Source: Planctomycetota bacterium (GTDB lineage: Bacteria; Planctomycetota; JAJSAM01; JAJVHW01). From it: 64,000 nucleotides of DNA. The notes beneath the pieces were generated by a model. The model was given only the letters and a program-made list of their open reading frames with translations. It made no database searches and had not been told where the DNA came from. Every line of letters starts with the position of its first letter. Position 1 is the stretch's first letter. Below, piece after piece: positions 1 through 9,859 of this stretch. The position numbers and the translations under genes were made by a program. Location of the stretch: NCBI GenBank assembly GCA_965248445.1, contig CBDFJG010000004.1:416001-480000 (forward strand), given 5' to 3'.

Positions 1-538
1 CCGGGTAGGGCAGCCCGAGCAACTGCGCGACCTTGTCGAACGCCTCGCCTGCGGCGTCGTCACGCGTCGCGCCGAGCAGTTCGTGATGCGTCGCGTCGGT
101 AAGCAGGTAGAGGCTCGTGTGCCCCCCGCTGGCGACCAGCGCCACGCACGGGTACTCCGGCCCGCCGCCCTCTGCGAGGTAGCTGGCATGAATGTGCGCG
201 ACGATGTGGTCGACGCCCACGAGTGGCAGCCCGCGCCCCATCGCGATCCCCTTCGCCGCCGAGACGCCGACGAGGAGGGCATTGACGAGCCCCGGGCGAT
301 TGGTAACGGCGACGCCGTCGATGTCCTCGAGCGTCAGGCCGGCGCGGCGCAGCGCCTCGTCGATCGCCCACGGGTAGTTCTCGACGTGCGCGCGACACGC
401 GATCTCGGGCACCACGCCGCCGAACCGCGCGTGCAGGTCCGTCTGCGTCGCGACCACGCTCGACAGGCACTCGCGGCCGTCGCGTACGAGTGCGGCCGAC
501 GTCTCGTCGCACGAACTGTCGATGCCGAGGACGATCAC
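1..538 (-). CDS. tsaD: tRNA t6A37 threonylcarbamoyltransferase TsaD, 3' part runs off the window
   Basis: Read by hand from GTG at 538: MIVLGIDSSCDETSAALV...HARFGGVVPEIACRAH, with later HI-like metal-binding and GGH/DDAAGEAFDKVA motifs. Not in the ORF track because it is truncated. Confidence 0.93.
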   Translation of the reverse strand, partial: MIVLGIDSSCDETSAALVRDGRECLSSVVATQTDLHARFGGVVPEIACRAHVENYPWAIDEALRRAGLTLEDIDGVAVTNRPGLVNALLVGVSAAKGIAMGRGLPLVGVDHIVAHIHASYLAEGGGPEYPCVALVASGGHTSLYLLTDATHHELLGATRDDAAGEAFDKVAQLLGLPYP

Positions 539-542
539 GCAC

Positions 543-1853
543 TCACCCGCGTTCCGGCGTCTCCGGCGGGACGTCCTCCTCCGGCGGCTGTTCCCCGCGG
601 AGCAGCGACAGCGCGATCTCGAGCTGGCCGTCCATGGGAACATCGCCCGAGCGCCCGTCCAGCACTTCCCAGCGCGGTCCGATCTGTCCGTCGAACGCGA
701 TCCGGAGTGAGCGCCGGGCCGCTTCGTCGAGCCGCACGACGACATCGGGCAGAAGTCCGCCGCGGATCCCGCCAGCGAGATTGCGGTGCGCGCTCCGGCC
801 GATCGGCGTCTCGTAGCGGGCAGTCGTCAAGCGCACCAATCCCTTTGTCGTGCTCAAGGGGACGAGCTTCTGCACGAGGAACTTGCCGTACGTGCGCTCG
901 CCGACCAGGACCGCACGTCCGTGATCCTGCAGAGCGCCGGCGAGGATCTCGCTCGCGCTGGCGGTCACCCCGTCGACGAGCACCACGAGCGCGATGTCGG
1001 CGAACGCTCCAGCGCCAGGCTCCTCTTGGACGCGGTACGTGGAGATGCCGTCACGTGAGCGCGTCGAACAGACGACCGTCCCGGGCGGCAGGAACAACCC
1101 GGCCACCTGCACTGCCGCACGCACCACGCCGCCCAGGTTGCCCCGGAGGTCCAGCACGACTCCGCGTGCGCCCTGCTCACGGACCAGCGCGTGCACGTGC
1201 TGCCGCATTTCCCCCGGAGTGCCCTCGGAGAACTGGTCAAGGCGGAGGTACCCGAACGCATCGGCATCCAGCATCCGGACCGCGGGAACCGTGTCGATGT
1301 CGACGACGCCCCGCTGCACCGGGATCGTCTGCTCCTCGGCGCCGCCCCGGCGAATACCGATGTCGATGCTCGTTCCCGGGGTTCCGCGGACGTGCGTCAC
1401 GACCTCGGTCGCGGGCGACTCCAGGACCGAGAACTCGCCAACGCGCACGATCAGGTCACCGGGCAGTAGGCCGGCCCGCGCCGCCGGTCCGCCGCGCACC
1501 ACGCCGAGGACGAGGATTCCCCCCTCCGCCGGGAGGATGCGGACGCCGATCCCGGCGAACGTGCCGCTGGTCTCGTCGTCGAGCTCCCGTTTCGCGTCTG
1601 CGTCGAAGTACCGGCTGAACGGGTCGAGCTCGGAGACGTACCCCTGCATGGCCGCGTCGAACAACTCGCGCTCGCGCTCGGCGTCGATCGGGTCGAGGTA
1701 CCGGTCGCCGACGATGCCCTGCACCTCCTCGCGAACATCGTCGTCCCAGAACAGCGCCGGACCGCCGATCCGCGGAATCGCGTGGATCAGCGCGAGAAGA
1801 CCGAAGCCCAGGATGACGGGGGAGACGAACAGGAAGAAGACGCGGGAGTTCAC
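543..1853 (-). CDS. S41 family C-terminal processing protease (CtpA-like) with PDZ domain
   Basis: N-terminal TM segment; LDPFSRY, GIG PDZ motif, DLRGNLGG, TASASEI and TYGK motifs. Start moved to GTG 1853. Confidence 0.9.
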   Translation of the reverse strand: MNSRVFFLFVSPVILGFGLLALIHAIPRIGGPALFWDDDVREEVQGIVGDRYLDPIDAERERELFDAAMQGYVSELDPFSRYFDADAKRELDDETSGTFAGIGVRILPAEGGILVLGVVRGGPAARAGLLPGDLIVRVGEFSVLESPATEVVTHVRGTPGTSIDIGIRRGGAEEQTIPVQRGVVDIDTVPAVRMLDADAFGYLRLDQFSEGTPGEMRQHVHALVREQGARGVVLDLRGNLGGVVRAAVQVAGLFLPPGTVVCSTRSRDGISTYRVQEEPGAGAFADIALVVLVDGVTASASEILAGALQDHGRAVLVGERTYGKFLVQKLVPLSTTKGLVRLTTARYETPIGRSAHRNLAGGIRGGLLPDVVVRLDEAARRSLRIAFDGQIGPRWEVLDGRSGDVPMDGQLEIALSLLRGEQPPEEDVPPETPERG

Positions 1854-1958
1854 GCGGTCATCGTATCCCGCCCCGGCCCGCCGCGCGGCCGACCGCTTCA
1901 GCGGAGCGAGCAAGTACGGGGAGTCGCTCTCCGGCCGGCCGTGAGGAGTCTGCTGCGG

Positions 1959-3518
1959 TCAGCGCAGATCGACCGAGAGGCTCTCGCCGCCGAGAGGGAC
2001 ATCGAACGTCTTCTCGCCGCCGGCCCAGCGTACGCGATAACTGCCGGGAGCGAGTTCGCGCCCCGTGCTCCGGCCGTCCGGCCCCACGAACACGGGCCGC
2101 TCGGCGCTGAACGCACCGTCCAGCGTACGCTCCAGCGTGAGTGCGAGTCCCGCCGCCGCGAGGAACACGACGGCAACCGGCAGTGGTCCCGGAGCGAGAT
2201 CCACCCGCGCCGCGCTCGCTGTGGCGCGCACCGTCACACGTCGCTTCACATCGACGTAGCCCGGTTCGCGTGCGACGAGCGTGTACGTGCCCGCCGGGAG
2301 TTCCAGCTCCGTGGGAGACGCGCCGAGCCGCGCCTCGGTTTCGGTACCGTCGGCGGCCACGAGTCGCGCGCGCAGGCCTTCCACAGTCGAGGTCATCGCG
2401 ATGCGTCCTGTCGCGGGACGCGCGCGCTCGGCGATCGAACCGATCGCGGAAGACGGGATGTCGGGTGCCGAACCCGCGTCGATCGCATCGACCACCGGCG
2501 TCACGGCCGCTGAGTCGTCTCCGTCCTGCGTCGGCCACCAGAGGGAAAGCGCGAGCACGACGCCCGCCGCGAGCGCCAGCAGCGCCGCCCACGGCATGCA
2601 GGCAGACTTCGTCGAAGCCCCCCCGGACGACCCGCCCGAAGACACCGGACCCGTGGTCAACGGGGCGCCGGCGAGGCGCGACGCGGCGGCCCCCATCGCC
2701 CGCGAGGGCTCCGGCAGGCCGTCGCCTTCGAACCGCGCGAGCACCACGGTGATGTTGTCGCGGCCGCCCGCCTCGTTGGCGGCTCGGATCAGCTGCGACG
2801 CGACGCGCTCGAGGTCCGCGCCGGTCGTCTCCACGATCTCAGTGATCTTGTCGTCGACCACCATTCCGGTCAGACCGTCCGAGCAGAGGACGAGGACGTC
2901 CTCGCGCCGCAACTCCCAATGCCGTGTCTCGACCCGCAGCGACTCTTCCACGCCGACCGCCTGCAACACGATGTTCCGCGCTGCCAGTCGTTCCGCTTCC
3001 GCCGGGTCCATGCCGTCGTCGATCAGCTGTCCGACAACCGACTGGTCGCGGGTCAAGCGCGTGAGCGTGCCCTTGCGCAGAAGGTAGGCGCGGGAGTCGC
3101 CGACCTGCGAGACGTACACGCGCCCGTGGAGCACAAGAGCGGCCGTCACTGTGGTCGCCATGCCGCGCCGGTCGCGGTGCTCGGCCGCCGACTGGCGGAT
3201 GCGCTCGTTCGCCGAGATCACGGCCGCGTCCATGATCGCTCCGATGCGCGGCGCGGTCGCCTCGTCCAGTTCCGCCACAGCGAAGTGCTCGGCGAGAACG
3301 TCGGCCGCCATTGCGCTGGCAACCTCTCCGGCGGCCTGTCCGCCGAGACCGTCGCAAACAGCGAGCGCCGCTCCGCGCACGGGGTCGATCTGGATCACCT
3401 GGCCGTCGGCCGCGCGCGACGAGGACGCGCGGTCCAGCAGGAGGAACGCATCCTCGTTGTGCTCGCGCACGCGACCCACGTCGGTACGCGCCACGGCGGA
3501 AAACGTCACGTTCGCCAC
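1959..3518 (-). CDS. PP2C-type Ser/Thr phosphatase (Stp1/PrpC-like) with TM helix and C-terminal PEGA-like repeats
   Basis: TDVGRVREHNED, VCDGLGG, VGDSRAY, LCSDGL and GGRDNIT motifs, then a TM helix and LPAGTYTL/LAPGSYRV repeats. Confidence 0.88.
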   Translation of the reverse strand: MANVTFSAVARTDVGRVREHNEDAFLLLDRASSSRAADGQVIQIDPVRGAALAVCDGLGGQAAGEVASAMAADVLAEHFAVAELDEATAPRIGAIMDAAVISANERIRQSAAEHRDRRGMATTVTAALVLHGRVYVSQVGDSRAYLLRKGTLTRLTRDQSVVGQLIDDGMDPAEAERLAARNIVLQAVGVEESLRVETRHWELRREDVLVLCSDGLTGMVVDDKITEIVETTGADLERVASQLIRAANEAGGRDNITVVLARFEGDGLPEPSRAMGAAASRLAGAPLTTGPVSSGGSSGGASTKSACMPWAALLALAAGVVLALSLWWPTQDGDDSAAVTPVVDAIDAGSAPDIPSSAIGSIAERARPATGRIAMTSTVEGLRARLVAADGTETEARLGASPTELELPAGTYTLVAREPGYVDVKRRVTVRATASAARVDLAPGPLPVAVVFLAAAGLALTLERTLDGAFSAERPVFVGPDGRSTGRELAPGSYRVRWAGGEKTFDVPLGGESLSVDLR

Positions 3519-3574
3519 TCGGTCTCCTGCCTCACGCGTCCTGCCCGCCTCTCTTCGCCCGTACTTCAAGGACC

Positions 3575-4015
3575 CTAGGAGCGGGCGTCCTCCCGCACGA
3601 TCGTCACCGGACACGGGGCGGTGTGCGCCACGCGGGCTGCCACACTCCCGAGGAACATGCGGGCCAGCCGGCCCCGGCGCTGTCCGCCCACGATCACCTG
3701 ATCGACTTTCTCCCTCCGGGCGACGCTGACGATCTCGGCCGCCGCACCCCCCACTTCGACCATCGTCCGCACGGGGACGTCTCCGAAGCGGGAGGCCAAC
3801 TCGGCGAGCTTCCGATCCGCCGCCTCCCGAAAAACGTCCACATGCGGAGCGGGGTACCCGGCGGGCAGGTCGATGGGCAGCGCGGTGGGCGCATAGTCCA
3901 CGACGTGGAGAAGCAGGACGTGGGCCCCCATGCGCTCGGCCATGTCGCGCGCGAACGCGATTTCCAGGGGGTGGTCCTCGGCCAGATCGACGGCAACGAG
4001 CAGCGTTTGGCTCAC
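3575..4015 (-). CDS. Universal stress protein (UspA family)
   Basis: LLVAVD..., LLHV and FLGSVAARVAHTAPCPVTIV motifs. Confidence 0.9.
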   Translation of the reverse strand: MSQTLLVAVDLAEDHPLEIAFARDMAERMGAHVLLLHVVDYAPTALPIDLPAGYPAPHVDVFREAADRKLAELASRFGDVPVRTMVEVGGAAAEIVSVARREKVDQVIVGGQRRGRLARMFLGSVAARVAHTAPCPVTIVREDARS

Positions 4016-4118
4016 GGGCAGACGTTACCCGACTTGGGCTCCGTCAGCCTCGGCCCGCCTCGGCACAGGCTCGCCCTCGCGGTGTCGGAGGCTTCGCGGA
4101 CCGGCCTCCGGTGCCCGC

Positions 4119-4997
4119 TCAGGTTCGGCGCAGGCTCGCGACCTGCTCGAAAAGGTCCTTGCTGATCCGCGGCGCCCAGGCGTTCAGTCGGCGCTTCCGC
4201 ACCACCCACGCCCGGCCGCGGACACTCCGCTCGGCGCGTAACTCGGGGTCGGAGAGCAGCGCACTCACCAGGCGGACGAACGAGTCGGCATCGCCCGCCT
4301 GCTCGCCGGCCCGAACGTCAGTGCTCTCCTCGGCATCAGAAGATCCGGCGGCGAGCACAACCGGGACAACCCCGCTCGCGGCCGCCACCAGCACGGCCGC
4401 TGCCCGATCCGGGCCGGGCGTGACGAGGAGGACATCCACCGAGGAGAGGACCCCCGGGAGTTCCGCCAAGGCCGGGGCGGGCCGATGCCGCACGAGGACT
4501 CCCGGCACCTGGACGCGGGCATCCGCTCCGCTGACGTCGAGGGCATAGCGGACGTGGTGGCCCAGTCGCCCCAGGAGCGCCGGTAGCCCAGGCGGGGCAG
4601 CATCCGCGCTGCCGGGCAGCCAGCCCAGGCGCGGCAGCGCGTCGCCGGGACGGGGCCGGAGCGGCGGCGCGAACGCGTCGCAGTCCACGACCGTCGGCGC
4701 CAGGACGGCGGGAGTCCCGCCTGCGCGATACCGGGCGCCGGCCTCGGCATCGGCACAAACGACGATCTGCGCGCCGGCGGCGGCGCCCTCTTCGTGCTCT
4801 TCGTCGTGCCCGAGGTCGCGCACGACGAGTGGTGAGGGGACCGGGCAAGATTGCGCGCCAAACACCACGGCCGCCGCGATCGCGCGCGAGCGGCGATCGG
4901 TCACGTCGCATCCCGCCTGGTGGAGCGCGGCGAGCAGCGCGTGCCGCCGCAACTGCCACGTCAGCCCCGGCGGCGCAGCGGATACGGAGACCCGCAC
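4119..4997 (-). CDS. Glycosyltransferase family 4-like protein (divergent)
   Basis: PTVVD...F.P, AAASGVVPVV and LLSDPELRAERSVRGRAWV resemble a GT-B C-terminal domain. Start is uncertain. Confidence 0.5.
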   Translation of the reverse strand: MRVSVSAAPPGLTWQLRRHALLAALHQAGCDVTDRRSRAIAAAVVFGAQSCPVPSPLVVRDLGHDEEHEEGAAAGAQIVVCADAEAGARYRAGGTPAVLAPTVVDCDAFAPPLRPRPGDALPRLGWLPGSADAAPPGLPALLGRLGHHVRYALDVSGADARVQVPGVLVRHRPAPALAELPGVLSSVDVLLVTPGPDRAAAVLVAAASGVVPVVLAAGSSDAEESTDVRAGEQAGDADSFVRLVSALLSDPELRAERSVRGRAWVVRKRRLNAWAPRISKDLFEQVASLRRT

Positions 4998-5002
4998 GCC
5001 CT

Positions 5003-5389
5003 TTAGTTGACGAAGTTCTGGATGGCGACCCACGTCCACACGATCGCCTCGATCGGCGTCGCCACTGCGGAGACGACGCGCGCGTTGAGGAGCAACGGGT
5101 CCGCCTCTCGCTGGTCCTCGCGCGCCTTGACCACCCGGCCGTGGGAGAGCCACCAGACGATGGCGGAGACCGGAAGGCAGCACACGATCATCCCGACCAC
5201 CGCGGCGGTCAGCAGCCAACGGCCGGAGCGCTCGTCATCGGAGCGGCGGAGATACACGTGCTCGAAGTCGAGATTCTCCGGCACGGTCTCCTGGGCACCG
5301 CACCAGGGGCAGGGGACCGTGCGCGCCCGGTGGTAGCTCTCGAGCACCATCTCCTTCTCACAGCTGGTGCAGCGGTAGAGCAGTCCCAT
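5003..5389 (-). CDS. Zn-ribbon membrane protein, hypothetical
   Basis: CTSC...CPWC followed by two hydrophobic helices. Confidence 0.7.
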   Translation of the reverse strand: MGLLYRCTSCEKEMVLESYHRARTVPCPWCGAQETVPENLDFEHVYLRRSDDERSGRWLLTAAVVGMIVCCLPVSAIVWWLSHGRVVKAREDQREADPLLLNARVVSAVATPIEAIVWTWVAIQNFVN

Positions 5390-5417
5390 CAGTCCGTCCT
5401 CTCGTGCAAGCGAGGGA

Positions 5418-5732
5418 TCATAGAACGATCGAGATGAAGACCGCAGCGGTGAGCGCGAGAAGAGACAGTACGAGGCCGATTATCAGCAGCACGCGCACCG
5501 CGCGGGCCCGGCGCGGGGGCTGCGGATCGGGCACTCCGCGCTGGCGGTTCCCCACCGCGCGGGATATCTCGTCCGCCGCCGACGCCTCGGCGTCCGGTTG
5601 CTCGTCGCCCGAGCCGCTGGGTGCCGCGGGGATCGTGATCGTCCCGCCGCACTCCGCACAGCGAGCGGTGCGGCCGGCGTGGGCGCGGGCGACCGTCAGC
5701 TGCCGCCCGCACGCAGGGCAAGGCACGGTCAT
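5418..5732 (-). CDS. Zn-ribbon protein with C-terminal TM helix, hypothetical
   Basis: CPAC...CAEC; hydrophobic C-terminus; start overlaps the rsmA stop. Confidence 0.7.
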   Translation of the reverse strand: MTVPCPACGRQLTVARAHAGRTARCAECGGTITIPAAPSGSGDEQPDAEASAADEISRAVGNRQRGVPDPQPPRRARAVRVLLIIGLVLSLLALTAAVFISIVL

Positions 5733-6601
5733 CAGCCGGCCACGTCCTTCGCCCGCGCAGCAAGATCACGCCATGCCGCCGGGGGCACGTGCTCCGGGCG
5801 AGCGTCCGTTGCGACGCCGCAAGCGTCGAATGCGTCGTCAGACAGAACGTCCCGAAGCGTGCGGCGGACCCGCTTGCGGCGCGCCTGGAATCCCCGCCGC
5901 GCCAGTTCCGACGCCGCGGCCGCGCCTTCCACGGCTTCAGGACGCGGCACGATACGAAAGACCGCACTCTCGACGTCCGGGCGCGGGAGGAACACGTCAC
6001 GCGGCACGCGGCGCAGCACGCGCGCCCCGCCGTGGAGTGCCGTCAGCACGGCGAGGGGGCCGTAGGCGCGGACGCCGGTCTCGGCACGCAGGCGATCCAC
6101 GACCTCGCGCTGCAACATCGCCGTGATCGACACGGGTGGCGCAGGCAACTGCAGCAGACGCGCCACGATCGCGGTGCCGACGGAGTAGGGCAGATTCGCG
6201 ACCACGTGGCCGCCTCCGCCGCCCGCGGCGCGGCCGAGGCCCTCGACGATCGCGGGGTGCAGGCCGCCGGGCTCCCCGCGGGCGAGCGCGTCTCCCTCGA
6301 TCAGTGTGAGCCGTTCGTCCGCCCCGAGCCGCTCACGCAGCAGCTCCGTTAGCCCGCGGTCCAGTTCGATCGCCGTTACGTGAGCACAGGACTTGAGCAG
6401 CGGCTGCGTGAGTCCCCCCGCGCCGGGTCCGATCTCGACGACCACGTCGTCCGGGCGGAGCTCAGCGTCTGCGACGATCGCGTCAGCGAGGGCGGGGTCG
6501 GCCAGGAAGCACTGGCCGTGGCGTTTGCGCGGACGCAGCCCGCGCGCCTCCAGCAAGGCGGCGAGCTCGGTACGAGTGCGGGGTATGGAGTGTACGCTCA
6601 C
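5732..6601 (-). CDS. rsmA: 16S rRNA m6,2A dimethyltransferase RsmA/KsgA
   Basis: KRHGQCFL, VVEIGPGAG, IELD, VANLPY, MLQREV and FLPRPDVES motifs. Confidence 0.95.
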   Translation of the reverse strand: MSVHSIPRTRTELAALLEARGLRPRKRHGQCFLADPALADAIVADAELRPDDVVVEIGPGAGGLTQPLLKSCAHVTAIELDRGLTELLRERLGADERLTLIEGDALARGEPGGLHPAIVEGLGRAAGGGGGHVVANLPYSVGTAIVARLLQLPAPPVSITAMLQREVVDRLRAETGVRAYGPLAVLTALHGGARVLRRVPRDVFLPRPDVESAVFRIVPRPEAVEGAAAASELARRGFQARRKRVRRTLRDVLSDDAFDACGVATDARPEHVPPAAWRDLAARAKDVAG

Positions 6602-6621
6602 TGAGTGAGCGTACAGCCGCC

Positions 6622-6861
6622 ACTAGCCGCATCTGTTCACCAGATCCCGCGCCTGAGCGATCCAGAGCGCCGATCTCTACGTTGCGCCGCCTCCACAACC
6701 CGTTCAGGGGTGCGTTCGGCGGCGCGCCTTGATCTCGGCGCTCTGCCCTCGCTCAGGACGCACGTCCACATGCCGAGTCGCCGCCCGCAAGCAGCCCGCT
6801 ACTGGTTTCCGCGGCGTGTGTCGTGACGAAGCGCGCAACCTGGTGAACAGATGCGGCTAGT
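6622..6861. mobile_element. MITE-like non-autonomous element (240 bp) with 22-bp perfect terminal inverted repeats
   Basis: ACTAGCCGCATCTGTTCACCAG (6622-6643) and CTGGTGAACAGATGCGGCTAGT (6840-6861); CTAG at both ends; internal long hairpin; no credible ORF. Confidence 0.65.
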
Positions 6862-7621
6862 CGAATTTCAGCGCCACCACGGTCGCGGTGTCGTGCATCG
6901 CGCCATCCGCGTGCGCGTGGACGTCGTCGAGCACACGCCGCACCACGCCGCGGGGACCGGAGCCCCGCGCGGCCGTGAGCGCCGCAGCCGCGCCGTCGCG
7001 ACCGAACGGAGCACCGCCTTCGCGGTGCGCCTCCGTGACTCCGTCGGTCACGGCGAGCAGCGTCACGTGGGGCGGCAGCCGGAGCGGACCGGCGTCGCGA
7101 TAGTCGTACCCCGGCACGATGCCCAGCGCGGGCGCGTGCCCTTCGAGCGCCACGACACCGCCGCTGCGACCAACTGCCAGCGGCTCAACGTGTCCTGCGT
7201 TCGCCATGCGGATCGTGCGGCGTGCCGCATCGAGTTCCATCAGAAGGAGCGAGACGAAGCGCCCGCCGCCTTCGCGCTCGACGACCGACTCCGCGTCACG
7301 AAGCATCTCGGCCGGACGCTGCTGATGCGCCACGCCGTGTGTCAGCGCGGAGCGCACCGCGTGCGCCAGATCTTCTGCCTCCTGTCCGGAACCCATCGCG
7401 TCACCGATGGCGAGCAGCCACCGGCGTAGACCGGTCCGGCGAGCGACAAGGATGTCGCCTCCCGGTCCAAAGTCGCAACCAGCAACCTGGCGAGACACGG
7501 ACCGAGCGGCCACGTGCACGCCATCGTGGCGCAACTCGCGTAGCAATCGCGCGGTCTCGCGAAGGTGTCCCCATTGAACCGGACGTACGTCGTTCGTCGT
7601 GTGCATCGCTGTCATCTTCAA
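6857..7621 (-). CDS. SpoIIE/RsbU-type PP2C phosphatase domain protein
   Basis: GGD, IGDAMGSG, ANAGH, TDGVTEA and HDTAT motifs. Confidence 0.85.
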   Translation of the reverse strand: MKMTAMHTTNDVRPVQWGHLRETARLLRELRHDGVHVAARSVSRQVAGCDFGPGGDILVARRTGLRRWLLAIGDAMGSGQEAEDLAHAVRSALTHGVAHQQRPAEMLRDAESVVEREGGGRFVSLLLMELDAARRTIRMANAGHVEPLAVGRSGGVVALEGHAPALGIVPGYDYRDAGPLRLPPHVTLLAVTDGVTEAHREGGAPFGRDGAAAALTAARGSGPRGVVRRVLDDVHAHADGAMHDTATVVALKFD

Positions 7622-7821
7622 CTCCGTCGGCCCGATGTTGTTTCGCTGCGGTGCTCTTCACCGCGCGGGCCGTCAATGTTCTGACGAGCGAACGCCTTGC
7701 CATCTGCCCGGAATCTCGCGCAGGAGCGTCCGTCGTGCCCGCGGGGAGCGGGCACGTCACCCAGCGGTGACGCCGCAAGATGGAACCGCAAACGAACCGA
7801 CTCGTTCGGCGGGACGCCGTG

Positions 7822-8685
7822 TCAACAATCGTTGTCGGTAGCGGCGGCCCTCTGCTGAAGATCCGCCAGGTGCGCCAGCAAGTCGCGGTAGTCCCAGGGC
7901 ACGTTGTGCCGCGCATGGAGGGACTTCAGAGCGCCTGTGTACCGCTCTGCCATGTCGCCGGTCTGCGACTCCGTGCGTGGGTCACAGAAGTAGGTGCGGC
8001 AAGCCAGCGGGCGGTGCTCCCGGGCGGTGCAGCGACGGTCCTTCCACGCGGGGCACAACCCGGACGACGCATCCCACTTCGCGAGGTCCACGCCCCGAGC
8101 CAGACGCTCGGCCTCGGCGCGCGACACGTAGAGGCGATGGCCTGCGCGGGGAAAGTCGCAGCAGTTGCCCGACGCGAAGCAGACGGGTGCCAGCGCGCGC
8201 ACCTCCGCGTCGACCTCCTCGAGCAGTGTCTCAACCGCCTCGCGAAAGCGAACCAGGCCCGCCCGGCGGTCAATCTCGTCGGCCGGGATCGTGTCTCCCC
8301 GACCGATCCCGCGACAGCTCTCGCCCTCGTGCTCGAACGACTCGCGATCGCGCACCACGCGTGACCAGAACGGATAGTCCCGGCACTGGTCCGGCTTGGC
8401 GGCGTTCACGCGGCAGGCCGTCGTGCCATCTCGGTTCCGTTCGAGCCACTCGCAGTCGGTGCTGCCCGGACGATCGAGCAGGACGGTCTCGCCCAGACTC
8501 TCGCGCGTGTGCTCCGCGCGGAACTCGGCGACCGACATCCCGACATGGTTGGCCAGCGCCTCCGTCTCTCGCGGCGAGAGCTGGACGACGCTCCCCTTAC
8601 CACCGCAGCAGTTCCCGCACCGCTCGCAGCGGAAGCGAAGACCCGCCGCGTACCAACGGGAGTCGCCGGGTGTGCTCTCGGTCAC
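7822..8685 (-). CDS. YkgJ-like cysteine-cluster (CxxCxxCC) protein with two tandem domains
   Basis: CERCGNCC...C...KPDQCRDYPFW, then CFASGNCC...RPLACRTYFC. GTG 8685 overlaps the kinase stop. Confidence 0.8.
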   Translation of the reverse strand: MTESTPGDSRWYAAGLRFRCERCGNCCGGKGSVVQLSPRETEALANHVGMSVAEFRAEHTRESLGETVLLDRPGSTDCEWLERNRDGTTACRVNAAKPDQCRDYPFWSRVVRDRESFEHEGESCRGIGRGDTIPADEIDRRAGLVRFREAVETLLEEVDAEVRALAPVCFASGNCCDFPRAGHRLYVSRAEAERLARGVDLAKWDASSGLCPAWKDRRCTAREHRPLACRTYFCDPRTESQTGDMAERYTGALKSLHARHNVPWDYRDLLAHLADLQQRAAATDNDC

Positions 8686-9857
8686 CGACGGCGGCGCTTG
8701 CCACGCCGCGCGCGATCGCCCGGGCGTCCCCGCGGACGCGGCGCGAGGTCGATCTTCTTCGCGACGAGCTTCGGCGCCTCGGCAATCGGCGCTGCCTCGA
8801 ACGCGACCTGGGTGACGACCTGAGGGACCGGCCCGCGCGCGGCGATGATGTCGCCGGCGACCGCCTGGATGTCCGCGACCAGCTCCGCCGCGGTCGCGTA
8901 CCGGTGCTCGCGGTCCTTCGACATCGCCTTGCGCACCACGAACTGCACCGGAGGCGAGATCTTGGTCATCTGGGCTGGCGTGAAAGCCAGCTCCTGCTTG
9001 ACCTGCGCGATGAGGACTTCCTCGCCCGTCCCCTCGAACGGCGTATCCCCGGTGAGCATGTGGAACAGTGAAGCGCCTAGGGAGTAGATGTCGGTCCTGC
9101 CGTCGACGTCGTCGCCGCGCGCCTGCTCGGGCGACATGTACTCGGGAGTGCCGACGGTCATCGACTCGGCCGTGTCCTCCCACATGCCCCGCACCACACG
9201 CGCCAGACCGAAGTCGATGATCCGGACATGCCCGTCCTGATCGACGACGAGGTTGGCGGGCTTGACGTCGCGATGGACGATGCCCTTCTGGTGCATGTGC
9301 TCGAGGGACAGCCCCACCTGCACGGCGATGTGCAGCGCGAGGCCTTCTTCCAGCGCAGCGCCATCGTCCAGTACGTCGAGCACCGAGATGCCGTCGACGA
9401 ATCCCATCGCGTAGAAGTCGACGCCGTCGGCTGACCCGTACTCGCGGCCGTCCACCAAGCCGTCGTGATCCAGCGCGAGCAGGATGTGCGCTTCGCGCTT
9501 GAAACGCAGACGGTAGCGCTCTTGCAGCCCGAACTCCGTGCGCAGGATCTTCAGCGCGACGCGCCTTGCGAGCGGCTCGTACGTCGCCTCGTAGACGATA
9601 GCCATGCCGCCCTCGCCGACCCTCCGGACGAGCTTGTAGTCTGCGAACGGCTGGTGCTTCTCGAGCGGGACGTCCTTGAGCACCCGCGCCTGTGTCCGCG
9701 TGAGCAGCCCGCGCTTGACGAGGAGGGCCAGGAGCGACACCGGCCGGTCCTCGGCGTGCCGCTGCTGCCAGGCGCGGAGACACTGTTCGGCCTCCTCGCG
9801 CAGGAGCACACCGGTCGCCACGAGGGGGCCTACCAACTGGAGTTCGCTCTGGTCCAC
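8682..9857 (-). CDS. Eukaryote-like (Hanks-type) Ser/Thr protein kinase
   Basis: GEGGMAIVY, VALK, HRDVKPAN, DFGLA, GTPEYMSPE and DIYSLG motifs. Start set at GTG 9857. Confidence 0.93.
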   Translation of the reverse strand: MDQSELQLVGPLVATGVLLREEAEQCLRAWQQRHAEDRPVSLLALLVKRGLLTRTQARVLKDVPLEKHQPFADYKLVRRVGEGGMAIVYEATYEPLARRVALKILRTEFGLQERYRLRFKREAHILLALDHDGLVDGREYGSADGVDFYAMGFVDGISVLDVLDDGAALEEGLALHIAVQVGLSLEHMHQKGIVHRDVKPANLVVDQDGHVRIIDFGLARVVRGMWEDTAESMTVGTPEYMSPEQARGDDVDGRTDIYSLGASLFHMLTGDTPFEGTGEEVLIAQVKQELAFTPAQMTKISPPVQFVVRKAMSKDREHRYATAAELVADIQAVAGDIIAARGPVPQVVTQVAFEAAPIAEAPKLVAKKIDLAPRPRGRPGDRARRGKRRRR

Positions 9858-9859
9858 GG

